This document shows, one piece after another, positions 10,324-20,000 of a stretch of DNA of 20,000 nt. Positions within the stretch are counted from its first letter, which is position 1, and the number at the start of each line of letters is the position of its first letter. Source of the DNA: Atractiella rhizophila (lineage: Eukaryota); NCBI GenBank assembly GCA_021432655.1, contig MU271402.1, positions 53,254 to 73,253 of the forward strand. Reading direction: 5' to 3'. Made by a program: the position numbers and the translations under genes. Below the pieces are notes generated by a model. It was not told the origin of the DNA, searched no databases, and saw only the letters and a list, made by a program, of their open reading frames with translations.

Positions 10324-11228
10324 TCACTTAAAGATCAAATGAAAGTCATCCCAATTACGGTAGAAGAACATGATCACGAAAAATAAGCCGAATAGAGACC
10401 CATAAAATAACATCTCCCTTCTTTTCTCGCATTCTTCACACTCTCGCAGCGCAGTCAATCCGATCCAATCCAGTTCAAAGTCTCCATGCTGTTTATTGAA
10501 ATTTGACCGGCACATGATCGAAATCCTGCCCATCGACAAGCATATCAACACTCCTCCTCTTAGAATGAAAAGAACAGCTACGAACTCGACAATGTGTTGT
10601 CTCCTCAATCCTAGTCGCCCGTTCTTTGGCACTTCCCTCCCCCTATAAGTTTCTTTGAAGCTGTTCCAGGGGACGATTACATCCCTCTCCTCTCCCGGCT
10701 TTATCTTCAAGTCTTTCTTCACATCAAAAGCGTACTCGTGTACCACTGAGCTCTCGGTCCTCCCATCTGGTCCTTTCGCTGGCCGTGTATCCTTCAGATT
10801 GAGTGTGAAAGCTGTGAGGACCTCTAAACGTGCCGAGCGCTTAAGACGTAGACGGAACCCTCGCGTGTAAGGGGAGAGATCGAGAGCTTTCTCAAACGTA
10901 TGCGACTGGGAAGCGAAGCCGGCACCGCCAAGGGTGGAAGTGTCTTTCCGCCATCGTCAATCAGCAGTAGTTATTAAGATAGACGAGAGGTGGACAAACC
11001 AACAGTTCCCCAGAACCGCGCGCGTCTGGTCCCTTTCTCGCCTCCTCCGACAACGTCCAATCGCGAAACAGAGTTGCCGCCACGGACAACGTCGTCCACA
11101 GCCCGGAAGTGGCCTGCTTCGATGTTCCAGTTGGTCGTGTTAAAGATCGGGAGGTCTTGAGCGGCTGTTGCGTGGGTGCAAGACGACAGAAAGACGAGGC
11201 GTGACATGGTCAATGGTACTGCTGCCAT
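10324..11228 (-). CDS. CIA30/NDUFAF1-domain family protein (~262 aa) with a C-terminal hydrophobic helix. Exons: 11228-11000, 10943-10586, 10525-10324
   Basis: The motifs FRAVDDVVRGGNSVS, GTVDTSTLGGAGFASQ, IVPWNSFKETYRGRE and ISIMCRSNFNKQHGDFEL are typical of the fungal CIA30-like subfamily. Two GT-AG introns (56 and 60 nt) keep frame. The start may be the ATG at 11228 or the ATG at 11207. Confidence 0.85.
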
Positions 11229-11641
11229 CCGCACGGGTTCAGCGACCAGGCTCAGATCCAGAGTTGAAACTGGCTGAATGCAGCAATAAACATTAGAGAG
11301 AACATTGGTGGAGCCAAAACAAAGAGCTCATGGATGGCGGGCTAGTTTCAAGCAACCGCAACCCCCTCAATTGCAATTGATTGCTCTAACTTTTAACATT
11401 ACCTGCTCTTCGCTCTGAGACAAACTAACCAGCAGGCCTGTTTCTAACCAATACTTCAGTCCTTAATCCTTGGACAAGTGTTGAACGTCTGAAGAACGAA
11501 ACCAAGAAACTACACTTGCAACACGTCCCCAAGGGTCCATTGTCTGAGGACACCAAACACCAAGCAGGTTAAACCAAAACTAACCAAAAACCGTTTCTTC
11601 AAATACTCTCTCTCGTTCATTCAGTGCGTCCTCCTCCATAT

Positions 11642-11653
11642 TTAGGGTTAGGG
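11642..11653 (+). repeat. Two telomeric repeat units (TTAGGG)2 in the FunK1/CIA30 divergent promoter
   Basis: TTAGGGTTAGGG (followed by TTG) lies about 75 bp upstream of the FunK1 ATG. Confidence 0.6.
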
Positions 11654-11728
11654 TTGTGTTCCTTCCTCCACAGCCACAGTGAGCGATTTGTCCACCATCA
11701 AGCGGTGGACCTGGTACAGCGCACAAAG

Positions 11729-13811
11729 ATGCCTTTGAAAACTAGGAAGACCTCATCGGAACCCAGGTCTAAACCTAGTTCCGAATCAGAATCAAGATGG
11801 TCTACCCCATCCAAACCCACCTCTCAACAGTCGGAACAGCTTTCTGCAACGTCACTTAAGTTTACCACTGACGCGAGCGCACGCTATTCGTCTTCATTTT
11901 CGGCCATGCAGAGGCCCGCCTACGTTCGTGCTGAGTTGGATATGGCTGGGAAATTCAAGGAGGTTCCTGTGGAGGAGATTCTGAACATGCTACCAAAACG
12001 ACGTTTCAAGCGCGAGAGGCTTAACATTCCGAAAGCTATGACCGGCGAGCAGGAGAAGGCCCAATACGGTCCGCTCGTGGGGCATCGCAAATTTGTAGAA
12101 GGAGGCTGACCTTGAGAATGAGGCAGGTTGACGGTCTTCAAGCTTTCCTCGCGCCAGGCTGGGAGCTCGTGAATACGTCGGTCAATGCTGACTACAAGAT
12201 AGAGAAGATTTACCAGCAGACGGCAGTCAAACCTGATCTTTCTCTCTACGCTGAGACAGGCTTTACTGCCTGTAACATGAAGAAACTAGAACTTTTCGGG
12301 GAGGTAAAGCCAGGTTCCGCCAGCCCACCCTTTGATTCAAGGGATAATCAAAAACTCGAAACCCAGACGGATGATGCGAGAGATACTCGGGGGCAAGTGA
12401 CTCTCTACCACACTGCTGTTCAAGTCATGCAGCCACGAACTCGCGTCTTTTCGTTCTATGTTCAGTCCACCTCGGCTCGTCTGCTATGCCATTCCCGTGC
12501 TGGAACTGAGGTGTCGCATTCTTTTGACATCAATGGCCCGGAAAATTACCTTGGCGAATTTCTCTGGCGCTTCAGCCACGCCCCAAAATCCGACAGGGGA
12601 CACGACACCTCGGTTCAGCGTGTCAAGGGAAAGACGGCTGCTGCGAACGCGAGGAAGGCTCTGGGATTGGTGGAGGAGACTGATCTCTATCAGGTCATTG
12701 TGGATACCGAAAAATTTATCTTTGCCCAGCCTTTCACAAGTAGTCATCGTCGGCCTGTAGGTCGTGGCACTCGTTGCTATCACGCTTACTGGGTCAAAGA
12801 GAAGAAGGTTGTTCTCCTGAAGGACACTTGGAGGAAGGAGGAATATGGGAAGGAGGGAGATGTTTATGAAATTCTGAGATCAAAACAAGTAAGGAACATT
12901 GCAACCGTCATCCGTCACGGGGACGTCGATGACCAGAATCGTCTCCAATTTACGGAAGGGGCAGGTGGCCGAAAGCTAAGACACTATCGGATTGTATTAG
13001 AGGAGGTGGGAGAGCCGTTGAATTGGTTCAAGTCGACGTGGGAATTGACAAAAGTTTTGTCTGATGCTTTCACTGGTACGTTTCTGTTTGCTCCATTACA
13101 TTTAGACCGACGTTGATGGATTGTAGCTCACCGCGACGCGTTCGAGAAAGCGGAGATTCTTCATCGAGATGTCTCCTTTGGAAATATACTCCTCATCCGG
13201 TCTGGCGACGAGGTTAGGGGACTGCTTATTGATTGGGAATTCGCAAAGGTCAAAGACCGCATTGACGCATGGGCCTCTGAGAGAACTGTGCGTTCTTTTT
13301 GGCTGAGTGAGGACAAATGCTTACCGTGGTTTAGGGGACGTTCCAATTCCTGTCTCTCCGATTGCTGAAGGACTATGATCGTGCGCACCTTGCCAGCGAC
13401 GACATCCAATCATTTCTTCACGTCCTCGTATGGACAATTCTCCGGTACGGACCTACCAAGCTTGAGAAATCCGAGCGCCTCAGTCGGCTCAAATCTTTTG
13501 ATTCCAAGGATACCCTCATGGACACGTACACGGTCAAACGCTCTGCATTTAACAGCAACTTGCCACGGACCCTGCGAGTAAGCACCGCCCCCTTCCGGGA
13601 GCTCCTATTCGTGTTGTTGTCGACTCTCAGTCGCGCCATCACACACGAACATTTTTTAGACGACGATGATATGCCAGAGCGGCAGGAGGAGAGGGACGCG
13701 TGGGAAATGATGGCGACTCATGATTTTGTGGCTAATGCCATGGAAGAGTCGTTGAAGAACTTACAGTGGAAGGAAATGAAGGACGGAGCAGCGAAGTATC
13801 TGGACGATTGA
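11729..13811 (+). CDS. Fungal-type protein kinase (FunK1 / Pkinase_fungal family), ~644 aa. Exons: 11729-12076, 12127-13075, 13127-13287, 13335-13811
   Basis: FunK1 motifs are present: KPDLSLY, EVK, RGQVTLY..QPRTRVFS..ARLL..SRAG, GHDTSV, VGRGTRCY, VLLKDTWR..EG..Y..L..V.NI, HYRIVL..VG.PL..F, ILHRDVSFGNILL, GLLIDWEFA, ERTGTFQFLS and H..SDDIQSFLHVLVW. Three frame-preserving introns (47-51 nt). Confidence 0.92.
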
Positions 13812-13930
13812 GAACGGCTTGCTTTGGTCAAAGCGCAATGTTTAAATGTAGATATTCGATACGGTTCTTAACGTAATTAGCATTAGATGACCATTTGGCG
13901 GTTCATGCATCTTGTCTGTTCGAGCTGAGA

Positions 13931-14578
13931 ATGAGGAACGATCAGCACAGTTCACATTCTGAACTGAAGCAACTCTCTTGGATCCCGCTACTAACCTTGA
14001 CGCCACTCTGTATCGTCTACGGGGCTGTTGCAGGGGGCTGTTGCATACGTATGACCCTTGAACAAACCCAACGAGGTTGAAAGCTGGACAGGTGCACGTA
14101 ATGTTGTTGCCAGCATCGTAACGAGTGGAATATTAGTACCCCAGCAAGACGGTGGAATATTGAGAGGATCATGTGGCATCAAGCCTGATGTATGTCTTTC
14201 TTGTTTGAACACGGATGGGTCATGTCATTTTAGGACAAAAGCCCCTATGAGCTCGAAGTGATGTCCTTGTTCCTACGTGAAGGGACTCTCAGGTCATCAC
14301 CGCTCATCATATTCCACCAGCAGCGAGCGAGTAGATTGTACTTCTTGATAGCAGGGAATGAATTTTTGTTGGTCATGACCATGTCCGCCTTCACTTGCTT
14401 TGGCCTGAGTTGGGTTGAACGGATGTACTTGCTCCGAATCAAGGATCACGTCCAGTTTGGCATGGGGCTGCACACAAGAAAGCTGCACTGCTATCCAGGG
14501 TTAGCAGAATCTAGTATTGTTATAGCTACGTCCTTCAATGATGTATATCAGGAGTTCTATTCGAAAATGCCTACTTAG
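13931..14578 (+). CDS. Possible small orphan protein (~186 aa, two hydrophobic segments). Exons: 13931-14048, 14092-14189, 14234-14578
   Basis: Three ORF-track fragments (13895-14080, 14058-14261, 14258-14578) join in frame through two GT-AG introns of genome-typical size: GTATGA..CAG (43 nt) and GTATGT..TAG (44 nt). There is no recognisable domain and the branch points are weak. Confidence 0.35.
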
Positions 14579-15021
14579 CTCATAATAAAATAACAAGAAG
14601 CTGCATACATTCTATTGTTGGACATTATGAAATAGAATTGATAGGTCTCATGAGCTTGTGTATTAGAAAGCGAACGTTGGCTTTGTTACTTTTGCTACCG
14701 TAACGAACACTTCTTTTCGGCTCGGTTTTCTTGTCCATTTTGAATAAAGCAAACTTTTGACAAGTGCTTCATCCTAGTTTTATTTGTATTGTCTACGTTC
14801 GCCTCGTCATTTGTTCCCATATGCCTAGCAAACCCATACGTACCGAGTCTTAACGTCGTTGCATCTGGAACCGGTGCGTCACCCTTGTTCTCATCCCCCG
14901 ACTCCAGATCCTAGCTCATCCGCCCGTTGTAGTCTCTTAAAAGCCGACCTTCTTTCCTCCGGTCTCACTCCCCTTCTCCGCTATTCTGCTTCCTCCCATT
15001 TCCAGGCGGACACGATCCAGC

Positions 15022-16601
15022 ATGGACTCCCTACCATCGAAAACTCGAAAATCCATTCTCTCCGCTGCTCAATATGCTAAAAAAGCGGCTGGAGACCTGT
15101 ACGATTCATTGACTTATGAAAATTATACCTGGTTCCTTCAGACTGCTTCTGGGGAAGGATATGCAGACCAAGAGGCAATTTTGCACCTGTTGGACCTGCC
15201 AATCAAGTAGAAGGGCTGAAGGCGATGATCAGGCAACTGGAGCTAGACGAGGAGCAGGGAATGGAACCGTGCCCTTCGCACGGTGTAGAGAGAAAGAGCG
15301 TACATGTAATACGGAGGAGAGCAACTTTGGTGGTACCTGACGTTGAGAGAATGGAGCGGATGGAGATGGAGATGGAGAAACAAGGGAATGGGAATGAAGA
15401 GGAAGAAGGAGACGTTTTTCTTCGCCCCTACAAGTCGAAGCAGAGGGAAGACGATCATAACATAATCGATCCAAGACAAATCTATCGCTCTTGGTTTTTT
15501 TTGTCTTCCAGCATGTTCGTCTTTCGTCTTTCCCTTGTTTTCTGCCTTGCCGACGTCCTATAGGAAACGTGGCAGCCGGTCCTACGTCGTTAGTCGACTC
15601 ACGGACGATGTCCCCCTCTTCCTCAAACACTATTATACTAGATCGATCACACCTACTTCTCCACCGACCTCCATCTCTCCCCTCTTCTCTTGCGTCCTTC
15701 CACCGCATCCGTCGCTGCTCTCTCCCTTATGCGTACACACATTCCCCTTTTCTCCCATAGCTGGAGGATATTGGACGGTCTCAGAGTACGTCAGGGGAAG
15801 CGTTAAATTGGCGGAAGCAATCAAACGGTGCAGAGGGATGCAGGAAGAGATGATTAAATTTATTGCGAAGAGGGTGGGCGAAGGGATAGCTTTTCTGCAT
15901 CGCAATGGCGTCATTTTGAGTTCTTTCAGCAGCAAGGATATTTTATTGGGAGCGCAGGGAGAAGTTAAAATCTGTATGTCCATTTCTTTTTCTTCTACCT
16001 CAAGGGCCTGCTGGTTAATAATACAATTTTGATGAATGTCCTGCAGGCGGGTTTGAAAATGCAGTTTTTCTGGCGGATATCAAGGCAGCGCACGACACCG
16101 CCAGCTATCCCCTTTTGACGGAGGTGGACCTGGAGAGCAGCGTTGTCTACTATTCCTCTCCCGAACGCTTGGAACGAGGGCACGTAAGTGAGAAGACGGA
16201 CGTGTGGGCTTTCGGCATACTCCTCTATGGTTCGTGGTTCGTTAATCGTGGAATGTTTCTCACCTATCCTACAATTTGATTCAGAAATGCTTACGTCATT
16301 GCGCCCTTATGATTCCCTCTCTTTCGCTGTAGCACGCGACAATATCGTTCAAGGCGGAATCACGATTTCCCTATTCTCCTCTCCTCCATGCCCTCAGCAC
16401 TCTAGCGCTTTGAGGAAGGTATTAGAACGGGCGCTCGCGTTTAGGCCAGAGGAACGCCTCGGAATGGACAGAGTCCTCAGGGAACATTTCTTTCGCCTAA
16501 CCAAGAACGAAGCGAAAGGTGAAATCGGAATCGTGGATTTGGTGGGTTGGATTAGGGAGAGCATGAAGGAAGAGAGTGCAGCAAGGAGGATTCCTGCTTA
16601 A
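15022..16601 (+). CDS. STE20/PAK-like pseudokinase (~452 aa). Exons: 15022-15188 (junction uncertain), 15233-15514, 15564-15973, 16047-16229, 16285-16601
   Basis: Kinase-fold motifs: DPRQIYR (PAK-like 'DP..Y' start of domain), LFLKHY, HPSLL, YWTVSEYVRG, MQEEMIKFIAKRVGEGIAFLHRNGVI, DILLGAQGEVKICGF, YSSPE, KTDVWAFGILLYEMLT..PY, ALAFRPEER and LREHFF. The catalytic HRD and DFG motifs are absent. The first intron (15189-15232, weak GTTGGA donor) is inferred; the ATG at 15225 is an alternative start. Confidence 0.8.
15351..15377 (+). repeat. Coding ATGGAG microsatellite (MERMEMEME) in the pseudokinase N-terminal region
   Basis: The sequence reads ATGGAG CGG ATGGAG ATGGAG ATGGAG. Confidence 0.7.
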
Positions 16602-18189
16602 TTCAAAGTCTAGGTGAAGTGGATCCAAGGACGATCCAAAGAAAGGAAGGATGGTAAATATGCAATGCAACATTCTGAGTCTCATTTGTGATGTACATGA
16701 CACCAATAATACACGATATTCACATTTAGTCCCAAGTCCTGTTGTCATTGGCGGCGCATTCCGACGTAATCAACTGTGTTTCCGATGCTTTGTGGTGTCC
16801 TAACGTTTTGCGCTTTCAAGGTTCAGATCCGCCGAAAATGATCGGCTGCGCATAGCAAGAGATTTTGAAAGTTGAACAGGAGTTGAAATTGCTCCAGCCA
16901 TAAATTTGTTGACTACGCCTGTTTTGATCGACAAACTGCTCTTGATGTCTCCTTGTTGCACAACGTATGAGGACTCATATGGAAAGGCAATGAGGCATAC
17001 CTAGGTGGTTCTAGTTAAGTGTGTGCTGATCGAAAACACAACGCCATGTGAGTCTATCACACTATATTTCAAGTGCGGTTGGTGCTGGTTGGCAAGAACC
17101 CCGAGCAAACAAAATGTAACAGAACGTATGCTAAATTGGCGCAGATTTGGATGATAATGTGCTCTCCTCCACTGTGTGATCCCATATTTTTCAAGTGGTG
17201 GGCTTGAGTAATCGGTGACTCTGGGCGAGATAAGTTGAATTCCATCGTCAATTATGTTATTCTGATGAACGCCAATGGAAGAGCTTCTTAGTTGAAGGTA
17301 TGGCTACATTGCTCTCCAAAGCTGCGCTACTTCGATACGTCTACGTGAAGCTCATTCGTACTTCTTCAAACCAGATGATCATTTGAGATCACACTTTCCA
17401 CGTTCTGAGTGCGCTTTTTTCACCCTGGGAGGAGGCGAAGGCATTCTCCTAGCTAAGAGATTCAAAATAGTTGCTTTGCGACCACCATACATGTTACTGT
17501 CTTGAAAGATCATAGAGAGTGGAGGTTTCGATGTTGGAATTATTGTTTGTGGACTTCTCAAGCTATGTGATGTGTCAGCCTGCATGATGCTGAATCATTG
17601 ATTCATGGTCTGTGAGGTACAGTTCCTCACGGAGAGTTGTAGGGCTGCGTAAAATATTGTTGTACTCCTTCTCAGAATTACAGGAATCTCGACCTCACTA
17701 GCTCTACGCAACTCTACCTGCTCCCGGGTCGTGTCATTGCGAAGCGGCGCATTTCCAAGCTATGGGATACCAATGGGCTCGTCGTTTTGCTGCATGTTGT
17801 GATCTGTCTCAATCTGAGGCAACAAGTGGAGAAGGCCCATGAAAGGGTGAATATCTGATCCATCACCCCCGGCGCTTCAAATACTGCCCCTGGCAACAGA
17901 CTTCACCTCGCCCTACAATCTGCCAATTAGCCGGGCCGTCTCAAATCAGGTTGCTGGTCTGCCATGACTGAGTCCCAGGTTGCATCATAAAGGCGACGAC
18001 CCATCGACCACCTGCTCCATCGTGTTTGCCTGCGCTTGCGGTCCGCTCCCTCTCCTTCCAACCTGTCCAGCTTCAGAATCATATCCTCTCTACGGTTCGT
18101 GTTCCGACTAGCCCGTTGCGGGGGTCCACGCTTAAAAGCGTGTGCTCGCGCTGCCATTAGCCCTTAACATCTTTACGCGAAAGAGACTG

Positions 18190-19598
18190 ATGATGAAAGC
18201 TATTTTTGCCCTTTTCGGTCTTGCCACTTCTTTCGTCCACGTTATAGCTACCCCAACCCTTTGGGGAAACGGGACAGATGACTTCAACTTGTGTGGTGTT
18301 TCTTCACAGAGCATGCAAAACACTGACGGGAAACAAGGCTCGAGAAACGATACCCGTACTTCGTCTTCTGCCTCTCGCTATGCGTCTCTTCTCAATTAGC
18401 TCTTGCCCAGAAATCCTGGAGTGGTGACTGGCGCCACTTCAGGAGTTCATGATCCAGCCATGATCCGTCGATCTGATGTGAATTGCCTCCTTGTTCTCTT
18501 AGTAGTCTGATGAGCTATGCGTAGGGACTGTACATCATCATTTCGACAGGGAACAAGCTCCCCATTCGAACATCCACTGTGCGTCTTCTGTCTTGACTCG
18601 GGCTGGAAGCATTGATTATGGTCTACCATACAGGATCGCACCAACTGGTCGCTTTATGGATATGTCTTCCCTAACGGTGCTCCATCTTCCACCAACACCT
18701 ACACTGGGACCACAAACGGAGGCACGATTTCTTCCTTACATGAACCTTATTGGCTGAGGTGCTCACGGAGTTGTAGATTTGTGGGCCCCTGACATCTACT
18801 ACATCGGGGGGAAATATCTCCTGTACTACGCTGCCAGCACCTTCGGGTCTAGAAACTCGGCTATCTTCCAGGTTTGCTAGAAGATTTAGCTTCCAAACTG
18901 AGCCATGTCTTGGAATAGGCACAATCCACTGACGGTTTGACTTGGACAGATACTGGCCTTGTGATCTCGTCCACCTCATCAAGCAACTACAACGCCATAG
19001 ATCCTAATCTTGCAATCGATGGCTCGACTTGGAAACTCCAATTCGGTTCTTTTTGGTCTGGAATTCAACAAGTATCAATTTCCTCCAGCACGGGGAAACC
19101 CTCGTCTAGCTCCTTGTCCAATGTCGCAAACCGTCAATCTACCGGAACCAGCGCAATTGAAGCTGCTTTCCTTTACAAGCACGGCAGCTACTGGTATCTC
19201 TTCACCTCTTGGTTTGTTCTCCTCGGGCAATCTTCAGTATTGCACACGTTTAACTGAAAAACAGGGACACATGCTGTGCCGGCGTCTCTTCGACTTACAA
19301 CATCCGTGTCACACGCTCGAGCAGCATAACTGGCCCATTTGTGGATCAGAATGGGGTAGCTGCAACCGCAGGAGGAGGGACGCTTGTGCTTGCCACTCAT
19401 GGATCTATCTATGGCCCTGGAGGGCAAAGCATTATGACTGATGTGGATGCGCCGGTTCTCGTGTATCATTATTATGGTTCATCAACAAGTTATTTGGGTA
19501 TCAATTTACTCGACTTTTCAAGCGGTTGGGTATGCCATTCTTTCTCTCGGTCTTGAAGACAAGGCTCATGGAATGGTGTGTAGCCTGTCGCTTATTAG
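18190..19598 (+). CDS. Secreted GH43 endo-1,5-alpha-L-arabinanase (AbnA-like), ~331 aa. Exons: 18190-18290, 18338-18355, 18411-18477, 18525-18578, 18634-18721, 18777-18871, 18919-19211, 19265-19529, 19584-19598
   Basis: It has the signal peptide [20 protein letters not shown] and a propeptide ending LEKR, followed by YPNPG..GVHDP (catalytic base Asp), [27 protein letters not shown] (pKa-modulator Asp), [14 protein letters not shown] (acid Glu), [24 protein letters not shown] and LDFSSGWPVAY-stop. Eight frame-preserving introns, one GC-AG. Confidence 0.94.
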
Positions 19599-19877
19599 TA
19601 TTAGGCTAGTATTAAGCAAGGCAGTGCCAATCTGGCAGCTATGTTGAACGTTAACGACAGAACCAGTAATACTGCTCCTTAACACATCATTGACTAACCA
19701 AACATTGAGCAGATTGGTTTGAATATCGAAAATTACTGTATTCAATTTCGAGATCTGTGTATAAATACAAAATATATGTAACGACAAGGCAATTATTTTG
19801 AGACGGAAACAGTTGCACTGAATGATACAAAATGAGTCTCGTGAGCCCGTAATACGTTCATTCAACAAATCCAAGAT

Positions 19878-20000
19878 CTAAGCCGCAACGATAGTCTCCG
19901 TTGGAGTTACAAGGGAAGGAGTGTCAATGTAGGAGGAGAAATTCCTCTTCTTGATACTGCCCGCCCATGCCAACCTCGTTTCCCTCTTCGACCACTGGCC
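19878..20000 (-). CDS. Possible 3' end of a minus-strand gene entering from beyond the window (..GQWSKRETRLAWAGSIKKRNFSSYIDTPSLVTPTETIVAA*)
   Basis: A 40-codon open frame runs from the window edge to TAG (19880-19878). It is followed on the minus strand by AT-rich, terminator-like sequence shared with the convergent arabinanase gene. No recognisable motif. Confidence 0.35.
   Translation of the reverse strand, partial: GQWSKRETRLAWAGSIKKRNFSSYIDTPSLVTPTETIVAA

Noticed and set aside
15208..15210. Stop codon ending ORF 15022-15210, suggesting the pseudokinase is a frameshifted pseudogene
   Set aside because: A 44-nt intron (15189-15232) or a start at ATG 15225 bypasses it, and the kinase-domain exons are uninterrupted. 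A pseudogene is not fully excluded without cDNA.
16602..18189. Short minus-strand ORFs (60-83 aa) in the intergenic region
   Set aside because: They show no domain similarity or coherent splice chain and are consistent with random ORFs.
7740..19598. Secondary-metabolite or bioluminescence gene cluster around the luciferase-like ANL enzyme
   Set aside because: There is no PKS/NRPS, tailoring enzyme, transporter or cluster regulator in the window. Fungal luciferase is also not an ANL enzyme.
1..20000. Transposons, RIP-like degeneration, tRNA/rRNA, CRISPR arrays, horizontally acquired bacterial genes
   Set aside because: I saw no transposase/RT motifs, terminal repeats, RNA-gene signatures or repeat-spacer arrays. 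All recognised genes contain multiple spliceosomal introns.

Overview
This is intron-rich fungal (basidiomycete-type) genomic DNA with short introns, mostly 43-75 nt. I reconstructed the exons by hand. The window holds the 3' part of ATG2 (+, <1-3829), a conserved fungal multi-TM protein (-, 6469-4282), and a 16-exon 4-coumarate/phenylacetate-CoA-ligase-like adenylate-forming enzyme ending in a peroxisomal SKL (+, 7740-10152). It also holds a CIA30-domain protein with a C-terminal hydrophobic helix (-, 11228-10324), a FunK1 fungal-type kinase (+, 11729-13811) and a possible 186-aa orphan (+, 13931-14578). These are followed by a PAK/STE20-like pseudokinase lacking the Gly-loop, HRD and DFG motifs (+, ~15022-16601), a secreted GH43 endo-arabinanase (+, 18190-19598) and perhaps the 3' end of a minus-strand gene at the right edge. 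The most notable items are the open-frame but catalytically dead-looking pseudokinase near an active-looking FunK1 kinase, and a possible spliced non-coding transcript with a candidate intronic C/D-box snoRNA (6841-7703). Splicing is also unusually permissive: 3 GC-AG introns among ~50, degenerate donors, AAG acceptors, and 6-nt and 11-nt micro-exons. I saw no transposon, rRNA, tRNA or CRISPR signal.
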